Of a stretch of 64,000 bases of DNA, positions 1-10,039 are shown in pieces (the first letter of the stretch is position 1; each line of letters opens with the position of its first letter). A program made the translations under genes and the position numbers. The notes beneath the pieces are model-generated. The model had not been told where the DNA came from, made no database searches, and saw nothing but the letters and a program-made list of their open reading frames with translations. The DNA lies in contig CAVPLM010000014.1 in NCBI GenBank assembly GCA_963706025.1, forward strand, positions 64,001 through 128,000, read 5' to 3'. The stretch comes from an uncultured Actinomycetes bacterium. Lineage in GTDB: Bacteria > Actinomycetota > Thermoleophilia > RBG-16-64-13.

Positions 1-542
1 TTGGCGCCAAACGGCACGACATGCACCCTCGCGGGGTCGGCATCGTAGTCTTCGACCGCCGACTGCGCCGCCCAAGCCGAGGAATAGAGAGCCGCCCCAA
101 CGCGGGCAAGTGCCGCCCGCTCCATCGCGTGACCGGCGAGAACGCTTTCTGTGCAAAGACCTGAGAACGACGGGTAATAGTCGACCATACTGGCGAAGGT
201 CGCGTCCGTCCAGGTGACGATGGGAAGTTCGGTGCTCAGATACGCGATCGGTATGGTGCTGGGACTGAAGACGGCATCGACTTTCAGACCTCCGAGCCGC
301 GACTCCACCTGACGCGCATAGTGATGCAGCACGCCAGGATCGCGGTCATAGAGATAGGCGCAGCCGAAGTGACCCTGGAGTGCCGCGCGTGCGCGCAAGA
401 GCCTGCCGAACCGTGTCTTGAGGGGCCCGATGTGCTCGAGAGCGACCCCCCGTTGGATAAGGGCGCGAGCCATGTGATGGGGAGTACCCGACCACTGGCG
501 CACATCCGCCGCATCGTACGTCGTGACGAACGCAAGCTTCAA
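1..542 (-). CDS. Glycosyltransferase family 4 (GT-B), N-terminal part; runs off the window edge
   Basis: Manual translation of the minus strand from TTG 542: MKLAFVTTYDAADVRQWSGTPHHMARAL...VTWTDATF...SAWAAQSAVEDY...VHVVPFGAN, a typical GT4 N-domain. It is not in the ORF track because it has no stop inside the window. Confidence 0.8.
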   Translation of the reverse strand, partial: MKLAFVTTYDAADVRQWSGTPHHMARALIQRGVALEHIGPLKTRFGRLLRARAALQGHFGCAYLYDRDPGVLHHYARQVESRLGGLKVDAVFSPSTIPIAYLSTELPIVTWTDATFASMVDYYPSFSGLCTESVLAGHAMERAALARVGAALYSSAWAAQSAVEDYDADPARVHVVPFGA

Positions 543-912
543 CGGGCACCGGTGCGCCGTGGACCAGGATCCGCGTGTTCGTGCGACTGCCGATCTACCT
601 CAAAGCCTCCGCCGGCTCGAATGGTTTTGGTTGCAGGCCTCCCATCTCGTCCCACATTCTACCAGCGCGCAGTTTGGCCTCGTGCGAGGCCATCAGCGAG
701 TAAGCTCGGCGCCTCGTCTGCGACGTCATTGTTGCGATAGGTCTTCTTGGCTACCATACGTGCGGAGGGCAGCGATGCCCAGCGGCCATGTGGGTGGTTG
801 CCGGGCTGCACGGAGCCCGCGTGGGACTGGAGGCAGCATTGTTCACCAGGGGAGGCGGCGGAGATGGAGGCTTTGGAGCCGCTGCACCGACGCATGAAGG
901 GGTAAGCGAACG

Positions 913-1872
913 ATGAGGCTTCGCGCGTTCTATGAAGCCCATGTCAAGTCCTACCTCCCATCTAGGATGCAGGCGTTCTTGCATGGAGCCGCGAGGCGAT
1001 ATGACCTTTGGCGGCTTGGACCCCAACCGACGAGGATCCTCGGACCTAGGTGGAGACGCAGCCGAGACGAGGTTACGATGGATATCACGTACGCGTGCGA
1101 CCTCGGTTGCTTCAACTGCAATCGGTCCTGTTCACAGGACCCCTCCGGCGATCACATGTCCATCGGGCAGGTCCGGCAGTTCTTGGAGGAAAGCAGAGCG
1201 CGCCAGATTCGGTGGAAGCGGATCGGTCTTTTAGGGGGCGAGCCGACATGCCATCCGCAGTTTCTGGAGGTGGTCGATCTGGTCGTTCAGTACCGCGACG
1301 AGTTCTCTCCAGAGACTCAGATCAGAGTGGTTACGAATGGCTACAGTGCTCGGACGAAGAGACTGCTTTTGCAGCTGCCTGCCGACGTGTACGTGAAGGA
1401 CTCTGCTAAATGCACCCGTGAGCAACCTTTCTTCTACACCTTCAACGTAGCCCCCGTCGACGTCCGCGATTATGAGCGTGTGGACTTCTATAACGCCTGT
1501 CCTGATACCCAGGTCTGCGGCATCGGTGTGACTCCCTACGGGTACTATCCGTGCGGGGTCGCCGGAGCTATCGACAGAACGTTCGGTTTTGACCTCGGAA
1601 GGAAGGTGCTTCCTGCTAGTGACGATGACATGAAACAGGAGTTGCGTACGTTCTGTGCCCTATGCGGCAGCTTCAAGGTGCACTCAGGTGAATCGCAGGA
1701 CGACTCGCTGGACGGCACGGTGATGTCACGGGCCTGGGTGGAGGCGTATGAGCGCGCGCGGCAGAGCCCAGTGCGTCTCTCCCGGCTGGGGGAGCGGGAG
1801 AGCTCGTCCCAGCTGGAGGATCGCACTGGCCGGCCGTCGGGCGACGCGATGTCGGGACCAACCGGGAGGTGA
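913..1872 (+). CDS. Radical SAM protein with C-terminal Cys-rich (twitch/SPASM-like) segment
   Basis: CDLGCFNC (CxxxCxxC), GGEP motif, VTNG; further Cys in NAC..TQVCG...YPC...FCALC. Confidence 0.85.
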   Translation: MRLRAFYEAHVKSYLPSRMQAFLHGAARRYDLWRLGPQPTRILGPRWRRSRDEVTMDITYACDLGCFNCNRSCSQDPSGDHMSIGQVRQFLEESRARQIRWKRIGLLGGEPTCHPQFLEVVDLVVQYRDEFSPETQIRVVTNGYSARTKRLLLQLPADVYVKDSAKCTREQPFFYTFNVAPVDVRDYERVDFYNACPDTQVCGIGVTPYGYYPCGVAGAIDRTFGFDLGRKVLPASDDDMKQELRTFCALCGSFKVHSGESQDDSLDGTVMSRAWVEAYERARQSPVRLSRLGERESSSQLEDRTGRPSGDAMSGPTGR

Positions 1873-2936
1873 CTCCGTTGACCGGGAGCGGCGACCGGGA
1901 TATTCGCGTGATAGAAGGCAGAGAGGCCGATCCCTCTCAGCTCTCTGCTCTGTTTGACGAAGCCTTTGGACCGGTGATGAGCCGCTTCTTGATGGAGCAT
2001 GCGGAGTGGATCCATCGGGGACCGGTGGGCCGTTTCGTCGCTACGGTCGACGGCGTAGTGGCGGGATTTCGTGGGATCATCCTCACGAGATGCATGTTGG
2101 CGGGCGAGGAGCTCTCTGCGGCATGGGGGATGAACCTGTACGTGCGGCCGCAGTTCAGAGGCCTGGGCCTGCAGAGACTGCTCGATGAGCGCCTTCAACG
2201 GGCCGCCGACATAAGGATGAGCTTTCCGGGCGAGCTTGGCGCAATAATCTACGCCAAGCAGGGGCACGGACTACGGGAGGGCCTCTGGGAGTGGCACATG
2301 CCTTTTGCACCGGTATCTTACTGGAGGGGTAGGGACGCGAGCATCCGTGCCGTCGCAAGACAGACACCCGCGGCTGCGCGCGCGGCCTTGTTTCAGGCCC
2401 GGGCTGGGTCTTACCGACGCACGCGTACCGAGGTGGTCGACCAACCTGACTTGACGGTGCTGGAAGACGTCTTTCGTCGATACGTCGATCCCGAGTCAGT
2501 GACTACCCTCCGCGACGCGGCCTTTCTCCGCTGGCGTTATCTGGAAGCTCCTTACCGTTCCGATCTGGCTTTCTATCTGACCAGTCTTCGCGGGCAGCAT
2601 ACCCACTACGCGATCGTACGCCATGGTAGATCGCCATCGGCACCGGCTCGCGTCCTCGATCTGTTCGGGGACTTGCGGGACGAAGAGGGATTGGCCGATC
2701 TCATTCGCGCCATACTGCGCGACGCGTCTCGGCGCCGGATGAGCCACGCGGCGATCCTTGTCACCTCACCTCAGCTTGCGCGCGCCGTTCGCGCCTGCCG
2801 CTTTTTCCCGATCAACCCGTATCGCTTCCGCTGGTCGGCGGAGGCCCCACGGGTTCATGCGCGCTTTGCCACCGCTCAAATCTATTGGACGCTTGGGGAC
2901 AGCGATAACGACCTCCAAGCAGTGGCGTTCGCTTGA
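1869..2936 (+). CDS. GNAT-family acyltransferase
   Basis: LYVRPQFRGLGL acetyl-CoA-binding motif; LRDAAFLRWRY typical of glycan-locus GNATs; 4-nt overlaps with both neighbours. Confidence 0.75.
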   Translation: MTPLTGSGDRDIRVIEGREADPSQLSALFDEAFGPVMSRFLMEHAEWIHRGPVGRFVATVDGVVAGFRGIILTRCMLAGEELSAAWGMNLYVRPQFRGLGLQRLLDERLQRAADIRMSFPGELGAIIYAKQGHGLREGLWEWHMPFAPVSYWRGRDASIRAVARQTPAAARAALFQARAGSYRRTRTEVVDQPDLTVLEDVFRRYVDPESVTTLRDAAFLRWRYLEAPYRSDLAFYLTSLRGQHTHYAIVRHGRSPSAPARVLDLFGDLRDEEGLADLIRAILRDASRRRMSHAAILVTSPQLARAVRACRFFPINPYRFRWSAEAPRVHARFATAQIYWTLGDSDNDLQAVAFA

Positions 2937-4243
2937 AAGTCGTCCACCTCAATACTCAGGACATCGTTGGAGGGGCTGCGCGGGCGATCTATAGGATCCA
3001 CCGAGGGTTGCTGGCCCTTGGAGAGGACTCGACCCTAATGGTGCGCGACAAGTCGAGCGGGGATCCCACCGTTGTGGCCTTCGAACCGAGCCCTGACCTC
3101 GCCGCCCGGTTGCGGCGGGTTCGCCGACAGCGGGCTATCAACCGCGACGGCCGCCGCCACCTTTGGGACCGTTCGGTTGGCTACGAGTTGTTCAGTGACG
3201 ATCGCAGCGCGCTCGGGCCGGCGCTGGTCCAGAGGCTGCCGGCGGCCGATATCATCAGCCTCAACTGGATCCCGGGCTTCGTCGACATCGGAAGCTTCTT
3301 CCGAGGCTTCTCGCCCAACGCGCGGCTTGTCTGGCGCCTTCCGGACATGTTCCCCTTCACCGGAGGCTGCCACTACGATGGCGGCTGCGGGCGATATGCC
3401 GAGTCCTGCGGCAACTGCCCCCAGCTGGCCTCCAACGGAAACGCCGATCTGTCCCGTCGTATCTGGCAGCGGAAGAAGGATGCCTACGATCGCCTGGCGA
3501 GGGACCAGCTCCAGCTGGTGGCGGTCAGCAGCCTCCAGGTCGAGGAGGTTCGTCGAAGCAGCCTGCTCGGCAGATTCCCGGTCACCATGATCCCTGCCTG
3601 TGTCGACGTGGCCACCTTCACGCCCAGGCCGAAGGTCGCGGTCAGAGAATCCCTCGGTCTGCCGCCACACCGGCTGATCGTGCTTATGGTGGCCGATACC
3701 TTGACCCGCCGCGCCAAAGGTGCTTCCTTGCTGGCTGCTGCGATAGGCCTGTTGGACAGAGACCATAGGCCGTTGGTCATGACTGTAGGCCGCAATGCAC
3801 CGGAGTTCGCGGCCGAGTTCGATCATCTCCACTGGGGCCATGTGAGCGACGATCGGCTGCTCGCGCTTCTCTACTCTGCCGCCGACCTGCTCGCGTTCCC
3901 ATCCCTGCAGGAGGCCGGCGGCCAGACCGTTCTCGAGGCTCTGGCCTGCGGCCTGCCTGTGGTAGGGTTCGACAGCGGCGGAGTGCGCGCCGCGATCCGA
4001 CCTGGAGTCACCGGATTCATCGCGGAGGCCAAGACAAGCGAGGCTCTGGCCGCTGCTCTCAAGATCGCTCTCGAGGATGTTGAGCGGCTCCACGCGCTTT
4101 CCCGTGCTTGTCGAGAGACCGCCGAGACGCAGTTCTCGGTCGAGTTGGCGGCTTGGCGCTATCGAGAGCTGTACGGTTCCCTGCTCGCCGGAAACGAGCG
4201 CCGAACTGGAACGCCCGCGTTCCCCCCGGGTCCTGGAAACTGA
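2933..4243 (+). CDS. Glycosyltransferase family 4 (WcaC-like)
   Basis: MKVVHLNTQDIVGGAARA, DMFPFTGGCHY..GC..Y...CGNCPQL, PSLQEAGGQTVLEALACG. Confidence 0.9.
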   Translation: MKVVHLNTQDIVGGAARAIYRIHRGLLALGEDSTLMVRDKSSGDPTVVAFEPSPDLAARLRRVRRQRAINRDGRRHLWDRSVGYELFSDDRSALGPALVQRLPAADIISLNWIPGFVDIGSFFRGFSPNARLVWRLPDMFPFTGGCHYDGGCGRYAESCGNCPQLASNGNADLSRRIWQRKKDAYDRLARDQLQLVAVSSLQVEEVRRSSLLGRFPVTMIPACVDVATFTPRPKVAVRESLGLPPHRLIVLMVADTLTRRAKGASLLAAAIGLLDRDHRPLVMTVGRNAPEFAAEFDHLHWGHVSDDRLLALLYSAADLLAFPSLQEAGGQTVLEALACGLPVVGFDSGGVRAAIRPGVTGFIAEAKTSEALAAALKIALEDVERLHALSRACRETAETQFSVELAAWRYRELYGSLLAGNERRTGTPAFPPGPGN

Positions 4244-4265
4244 GATGGCCTGAGGATTGCCGAGG

Positions 4266-6044
4266 ATGCCGTTCAACAGAATACGTCCGACGAGCATTCA
4301 ACTCGAGGCCTCGTCTATCTGTCAGTTGAGGTGCCCTTCGTGCCCGACTCACGGCGGGGCCGTGCCTCCGGCGGTGGGTAACGGGTTTCTGAAGCTGCCC
4401 GACTTTCAGGATCTCATCCAGAACAACCCTCGGGTCAGGGAGATCGAGCTCTCGAACTACGGAGAGATCTTCCTCAACCCGGATCTATTGGGAATCCTGG
4501 AATACGCCAACGAGCGGGGAGTCGCGCTGAAAGCCGATAACGGGGTCAATTTCAACAGGGTGAGTGACGAGGTCATCGAAGGGCTGGTGAAATACAAGCT
4601 GAGAAGCATGACGTGCTCCATCGACGGAGCCAGCGAGCAGTCCTATCGGCTGTATAGGGTGAACGGTAGCCTTTCGACAGTGATCGACAACATACGGAAG
4701 CTCAACGCGCTCAAGAGCAGGTACCGATCGGAGTTGCCCAAGCTGGTGTGGCAGTTCGTGGTCTTTGGTCACAACGAGCAGGAGATCTCGCAGGCCAGAG
4801 AACTCGCCCGTGTCCTTGACATGACGTTCTACCCGAAGCTGTCGTGGGACCTGCAGCTCGCGCCCGTCCTTGACAGAGAACTGGTGAGAATGGAGGTCGG
4901 AGCGGCAGACCGCGAGGAATACAAGCAGCGCTTCGGAGTCGACTATGCTCGGGCGTGTTGCCTTAGTCTGTGGAATCGCCCGCAGATCAACTGGGATGGG
5001 AGGGTGTTGGGCTGCTCGCGCAACTTCTGGGGCGACTTTGGAGCGAACGCCTTCACCGAAGGACTGGTGGCGAGCATCAATGGCCCGGGGATGCGGCATG
5101 CGAGACAGATGCTCCTTGGCAAGAAGCCGGCCGAGGAGGGTATTCCCTGCACGATCTGCAGTATCTACCTGGACATGAGAGCAGAAGGCACGTGGTTGAA
5201 GAAGAGTGAAATACGCGCGGGGCGCCGCCCCGCCAGGACCTGGCCGTCGGCGAGGGTCCGACGGTCGGTCGCGTGGCGCGGGACAAGGTCTGTCTACCGG
5301 ACGTTCAGACCGATTCCAGAGTCGACCCCCAACCTGGCCAGCCGGGTCTACTCTCTCACGATCCCACTCCCGCCCGACGACGAACGAGGCTGGAAGTCGT
5401 ACGGCATCTTCGCCGGTTCCACCAAGGGTTTGCGGACCCTGTCCTGCCACGTTTCAGCGCTGACAAAGGACACCTGCCCCCATCCGCCGCACACGCATGA
5501 GGAAGAGGAGATCCTGATACTGCTGGCGGGCGAGGTCGATCTCCTTCTGGCCGACACTCACGCTCCTGGAGCGACAAGACGCATACGTCTTCAACCCGGT
5601 CGGTTCGCCTACTATCCGAAAGATTGTGCCCATACGCTGATAACCACCAGCGAGGACCCGGCCAACTATCTGATGTTCAAATGGCGGGCGCACTCTACAA
5701 GGACGGGATCAGCCCTTGCCTATGGCCTCTTCGACACGCATGACTCCAATCTGGACGAAAGCGCCCCAAATGGGTTCATCTCGCGAATGGTATTCAGCGG
5801 GCCGACGACTTACCTGCAGAAGCTCAGCTGCCATACATCCACCCTTGCTACGGGGGGAGGATATGCTCCCCACGTCGACCCCCACGATGTAGCCATAGTC
5901 GTCCTTCAGGGCGAGGTCGAGACCCTTGGGCAGAGAATCAAGCCTCATGGCGTGATCTTCTACGCGGCGGGGGAGCCTCACGGCATGCACAACCCCGGTC
6001 AGACCGTGGCCAGGTACATAGTGTTCGAATTCCATGGACGGTAG
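4266..6044 (+). CDS. Radical SAM/SPASM protein fused to two C-terminal cupin domains
   Basis: CQLRCPSC; SPASM-like C..LW...INWDGRVLGCS...PCTIC; cupin motifs HPPHTHEEEEI...GE..AHTL and PHVDPHDVAIVVLQGE...PHGMHN; one uninterrupted ORF. Confidence 0.85.
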   Translation: MPFNRIRPTSIQLEASSICQLRCPSCPTHGGAVPPAVGNGFLKLPDFQDLIQNNPRVREIELSNYGEIFLNPDLLGILEYANERGVALKADNGVNFNRVSDEVIEGLVKYKLRSMTCSIDGASEQSYRLYRVNGSLSTVIDNIRKLNALKSRYRSELPKLVWQFVVFGHNEQEISQARELARVLDMTFYPKLSWDLQLAPVLDRELVRMEVGAADREEYKQRFGVDYARACCLSLWNRPQINWDGRVLGCSRNFWGDFGANAFTEGLVASINGPGMRHARQMLLGKKPAEEGIPCTICSIYLDMRAEGTWLKKSEIRAGRRPARTWPSARVRRSVAWRGTRSVYRTFRPIPESTPNLASRVYSLTIPLPPDDERGWKSYGIFAGSTKGLRTLSCHVSALTKDTCPHPPHTHEEEEILILLAGEVDLLLADTHAPGATRRIRLQPGRFAYYPKDCAHTLITTSEDPANYLMFKWRAHSTRTGSALAYGLFDTHDSNLDESAPNGFISRMVFSGPTTYLQKLSCHTSTLATGGGYAPHVDPHDVAIVVLQGEVETLGQRIKPHGVIFYAAGEPHGMHNPGQTVARYIVFEFHGR

Positions 6045-6127
6045 ACGGGACTGATCGGCAGGGTCAGACCCCGAGGGCCGGTCCGGACTGCTGGACGTGA
6101 CCCTTAGCCCGCACAGGTACTACAATC

Positions 6128-8119
6128 ATGACCGACCCTGCGCCGCACCGGACGGGCTTGTCTCCGGTGCCGGCTACATCGGGGCTTGCGGCCGCGAAGC
6201 GGCCGGACCGTCTGGAGATAGGAACTAGGTCGACGCCCGTGCTGAAGAGAGTCTGGGAATCCCTCAACGAATACCTGCGCATCAACGCCATACGGCGGAT
6301 GCTCTCCATCGTCGACGTGAGGCCCATCGAGGTTGGCGGGCTCATCGCGCTTGCGGTCCTTTTCGCCATCTTCGAAGGCATCGGCCTCGCGCTGCTGCTT
6401 CCCATCCTTCAGTACGCTGATGGTGGTCAGACGGCCATCATTGAGAGCTCGGGCATCATATGGAGGACGATCGCGAGCTTCATGGACTTCTTCCACCTCC
6501 CTATCAGCCTACCGGTCCTCTTGTTGCTCGCGTTCATCCCCATTCTGTTGCGGCAAGGGGTCTTCTACCTCAACGCCTGGTACTCGGCCGTGGTCTCCTC
6601 CCGTATCGGCCTGCGCTTGAAGATGCAGACGCTCGATACGATCCTGGACGCCGACCCGGAGTTCTTCTCCCGTCACACCGTCGGGCATCTCGCGGGCGTG
6701 GTCATAAGTCAGACGAGCGTAGGCGGCAGTGCCATCCTTGCCGTGATCAAGCAGCTTTCCATCGTGCTGCTCATAGCGGTTTACGTCGCCATATTGCTTG
6801 CCCTGACGGTTCCGCTGTCGCTCATAATCCTTCTCTTCGCGGTGATGGTGTATCTGGCGGTGCGGGCCAATATCAAGCGGACGCGGGCCTACGGTCTTGT
6901 GACCACTCGGGCTTCTCAAGAGGTATGGAGCACGATCGTCGAGCGGCTCAGCCTGATTCGCCTCGTCAAGCTCCGGGACCAGAAGCAGCCGGAGTCCAAG
7001 CGTATCCGGGACTTGTTTGACAGGCTCCGGATCGTCGAGGTGCGGCAGGCCCGCCTGGGGGCGAACATCGAAGTGACCGCCGACCCTCTGCTGATGCTGT
7101 CGGTGTTCTTCACTCTCTACGTCGGTATAGCCGTCCTGGGTATGACCCTGCCCCAGCTCGGACTGCTGCTGTTCGTACTGAACCGGCTCAACGCAAAAGT
7201 GAAGGAGTTCAACACCGGCCGTCAAGCGATCTCGAAGAACATGGCCGGGCTGATGCTCGTCAGGGACCTTGCAGAGGATGCCACTGCTTCCAACACCATC
7301 CGTCGGGGGCCAGAGAGATTCGGGAACCTCGAGCACGAGATCGTGCTGACCGACGTGACGTTCGCATACCCGGATGTGCACGCTACCGACGGCACTCTCG
7401 TCGCAGGGGGCCACTCGGTGCTGAACGGGATATCGGTCTCGATACCCGCCGGCTCTTTCACTGCGCTGGTGGGCCGCTCCGGCATGGGCAAGTCGACACT
7501 GGTTGAGCTCCTACCCCGGCTTCGTGAGGCCACTGCGGGCAGCATCACCTATGACGGCACCGATATCAAGGCCTTCGACGTAGGCAGCCTCCGCCGCGGC
7601 ATCGGCTATCTCACCCAGAGCGCGATGCTGTTCAGCAACACCGTGCGCGAGAACCTGACCTATGGGGTTGGCTTCGAGCCCTCCGAGGAGCAGATCCGGC
7701 GCGCCCTCGAACGGGCTCACGCCGGGTTCATCTATGAGCTTCCAGAAGGACTCGAGACCAGGATCGGCGAGCGAGGGGTGCGGTTCTCCGGAGGCGAGCA
7801 GCAGCGCATCGCCCTCGCACGCGTGCTTCTCCAAGACTCGTCCGTCTTGATCCTGGACGAACCCACCGCTGCGTTGGATTCGGAGTCGGAGACCTACATC
7901 CAGGATACGTTGGCGAACCTGCATGGCGAAAAGACCATCATCGTCATCGCGCACCGGCTCGCGACCGTCATTCAGGCCGACCAACTCCTGGTCATCGAAG
8001 GGGGCCGGCTGGTGGAGCGTGGAACGCACGAGGAGCTCGTGGCTCGGGGGGGCGCGTATCAGCGGCTCTTCCAGAGCCAGCTGTTCTTGCCCCGCCCCCA
8101 GGGACACCCTACGGAGTAG
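6128..8119 (+). CDS. ABC exporter, fused permease/ATPase (MsbA/HepA-like glycan or lipid flippase)
   Basis: N-terminal TM helices; Walker A GRSGMGKST, signature FSGGEQQR, Walker B ILILDE, IAHRL. Confidence 0.9.
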   Translation: MTDPAPHRTGLSPVPATSGLAAAKRPDRLEIGTRSTPVLKRVWESLNEYLRINAIRRMLSIVDVRPIEVGGLIALAVLFAIFEGIGLALLLPILQYADGGQTAIIESSGIIWRTIASFMDFFHLPISLPVLLLLAFIPILLRQGVFYLNAWYSAVVSSRIGLRLKMQTLDTILDADPEFFSRHTVGHLAGVVISQTSVGGSAILAVIKQLSIVLLIAVYVAILLALTVPLSLIILLFAVMVYLAVRANIKRTRAYGLVTTRASQEVWSTIVERLSLIRLVKLRDQKQPESKRIRDLFDRLRIVEVRQARLGANIEVTADPLLMLSVFFTLYVGIAVLGMTLPQLGLLLFVLNRLNAKVKEFNTGRQAISKNMAGLMLVRDLAEDATASNTIRRGPERFGNLEHEIVLTDVTFAYPDVHATDGTLVAGGHSVLNGISVSIPAGSFTALVGRSGMGKSTLVELLPRLREATAGSITYDGTDIKAFDVGSLRRGIGYLTQSAMLFSNTVRENLTYGVGFEPSEEQIRRALERAHAGFIYELPEGLETRIGERGVRFSGGEQQRIALARVLLQDSSVLILDEPTAALDSESETYIQDTLANLHGEKTIIVIAHRLATVIQADQLLVIEGGRLVERGTHEELVARGGAYQRLFQSQLFLPRPQGHPTE

Positions 8120-8249
8120 GCTGCGGGTGCCGCGGAGCTCCAGTCTGCCCACCCGGATGATTCCTTTATGTGCCAACCAGGCTTACACTTAGGCTCAGGG
8201 GAATCTCCCCAGCGCGACTTGAAGTCACCACGATCTTCGGGGGAGCATC

Positions 8250-10019
8250 ATGAAGGGCACCGGTGCTGAGATCCTGGTCCGCTATCTGGAGAACGAGGGA
8301 GTCAAATACGTCTTCGGTCTTCCCGGGGCGCATCTCCTCACTTTCTACGATGCTCTGCGGGAATCCAGCATCACGTCTATCTTGGCGAAGCATGAGGGAG
8401 GGGCGGCCTACATGGCGGCCGGTCATGCGCTGGCCGGCGGCGGGCTCGGCGTCTGCTGCGGGACGGTAGGCCCAGGAGCGACCAACCTCGTATCAGGTGT
8501 CGCCGCCGCCTACATGGCCTCGCTGCCCATGCTGGTCTTGACCGCACAGGTCGGGACCTCTTCGATAGGCAAAGGGGCTCTTCAGGAAGCCGCCGGCGAA
8601 GGCCGTACCTTCTCTCAGACCGAGCTCTTCTCCTCGGTGACCAAGTACTCCACCATGGTCACCCACGCCGGCAAGCTGCCGGAGACGCTTCGGCGGGCTC
8701 TACGCATCGCGATGAGCGGCCGCCCGGGACCGGTCCACCTGGACCTGCCCGCCGACGCGCAGCGAGGTCAGGCGGAAGACGAGATCATCGGTCCCGACCA
8801 GTATCGTCCCGCTCTCACCACACGACCTGCGGAAGCGGACCTCCGGCGTGCGGCGGAGCTGTTGCTCGCTTCCCAGAAGCCGGGCATGCTGATAGGGGCG
8901 GGCGGGAGGAAGGGAAGTGCTCCCAAAGACGTCCTGCGGCTCGCCGAACTCCTCGCCTGCCCTGTGGCCACTACCCTGCCCGGCAAGGGCACGATCCCCG
9001 AGGATCACCCTCTTGCCCTGGGTTGCATCGGGCTCTACGGCACGCGTGCCGCCAACAGCTACATGCGTTCGGGATTGGATGTGCTGCTCGTGGTCGGATC
9101 CAGCCTGCACGAATTCAGCACTCACGTCTGGGACCCGGCACTTCGACCCTCCAACGCACTCATCCAGATAGACGTCGACCCAGAGGAGATCGGTAAGAAC
9201 TACCCGGTGGATGTGGGTCTGTTGGGTGACGCGGGCATCATCCTCAAGGGGCTGCTGGAGCAGGTGGAGAGTCTCAAGACGGCAGATCGCCTGCCGGCTG
9301 AGGACTTCTCGGCCCTTAAGGCCAAGACCGAGTACTTCTCCGAGCCTGCCATGACCTCCACGGACGTCCCCCTGAAGCCCCAGCGCGTGATGGCCGAGCT
9401 GGGGGAGGCCCTGCCGGAGGATGCCCTCGTGTTCACCGATATCGGCAACACCGTCACCTGGGTGGAGAGATGTCTTCCCGTCAGACGGCCCGATGTGACC
9501 ATGTCGCTGTGCGGTCTGGCCGCGATGGGTTCGGGGGTAGCCGCGTGCATAGGGGGCAAGCTTGCGGCCCCGGACCGCCCCACCATGGTCGTCTGCGGAG
9601 ACGGTGACTTCCAGATGCACGGCATGGAGGTGATGACCGCGGTCAGCCACAACATCCCGGTGGTCTGGCTCATCCTTCAGAACGACATGCTTGCCATGGT
9701 GCGCGATGTCCAGACGATGACCTACAAGGGTCGTTACGTGGCCTCCGACTTCGCGGCGCCCGATTTCGTGAAGCTGGCCGATTCCTTTGGCGCCCTTGCT
9801 CTGAGGGCCGAGAAGCCGGGGGAAGTGGCCGACGCCATGAAGGCGGCCTTCGCCTCCGATCGGCCGGCAGTCGTCAGCGTGCCCATCGACCCTAACGAGA
9901 TGCCGCCGGCCAAGGCGAGGATGATGGCCATGGACCGGTCCCTCGGCAACCCTCCCCTCATGCAGTCGCTGAGCCTCGGGTCACTGAAGACCATCTGGGC
10001 CATGCTCAAGGAGCGGTAG
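8250..10019 (+). CDS. ThDP-dependent enzyme, acetolactate synthase large-subunit-like
   Basis: VFGLPG, HEGGAAYMA, GPGATN, GRPGPVHLDLP, ThDP motif GDGDF...N; no regulatory small subunit nearby. Confidence 0.88.
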   Translation: MKGTGAEILVRYLENEGVKYVFGLPGAHLLTFYDALRESSITSILAKHEGGAAYMAAGHALAGGGLGVCCGTVGPGATNLVSGVAAAYMASLPMLVLTAQVGTSSIGKGALQEAAGEGRTFSQTELFSSVTKYSTMVTHAGKLPETLRRALRIAMSGRPGPVHLDLPADAQRGQAEDEIIGPDQYRPALTTRPAEADLRRAAELLLASQKPGMLIGAGGRKGSAPKDVLRLAELLACPVATTLPGKGTIPEDHPLALGCIGLYGTRAANSYMRSGLDVLLVVGSSLHEFSTHVWDPALRPSNALIQIDVDPEEIGKNYPVDVGLLGDAGIILKGLLEQVESLKTADRLPAEDFSALKAKTEYFSEPAMTSTDVPLKPQRVMAELGEALPEDALVFTDIGNTVTWVERCLPVRRPDVTMSLCGLAAMGSGVAACIGGKLAAPDRPTMVVCGDGDFQMHGMEVMTAVSHNIPVVWLILQNDMLAMVRDVQTMTYKGRYVASDFAAPDFVKLADSFGALALRAEKPGEVADAMKAAFASDRPAVVSVPIDPNEMPPAKARMMAMDRSLGNPPLMQSLSLGSLKTIWAMLKER

Positions 10020-10039
10020 AGGGATCGGGCGGGACAGCT

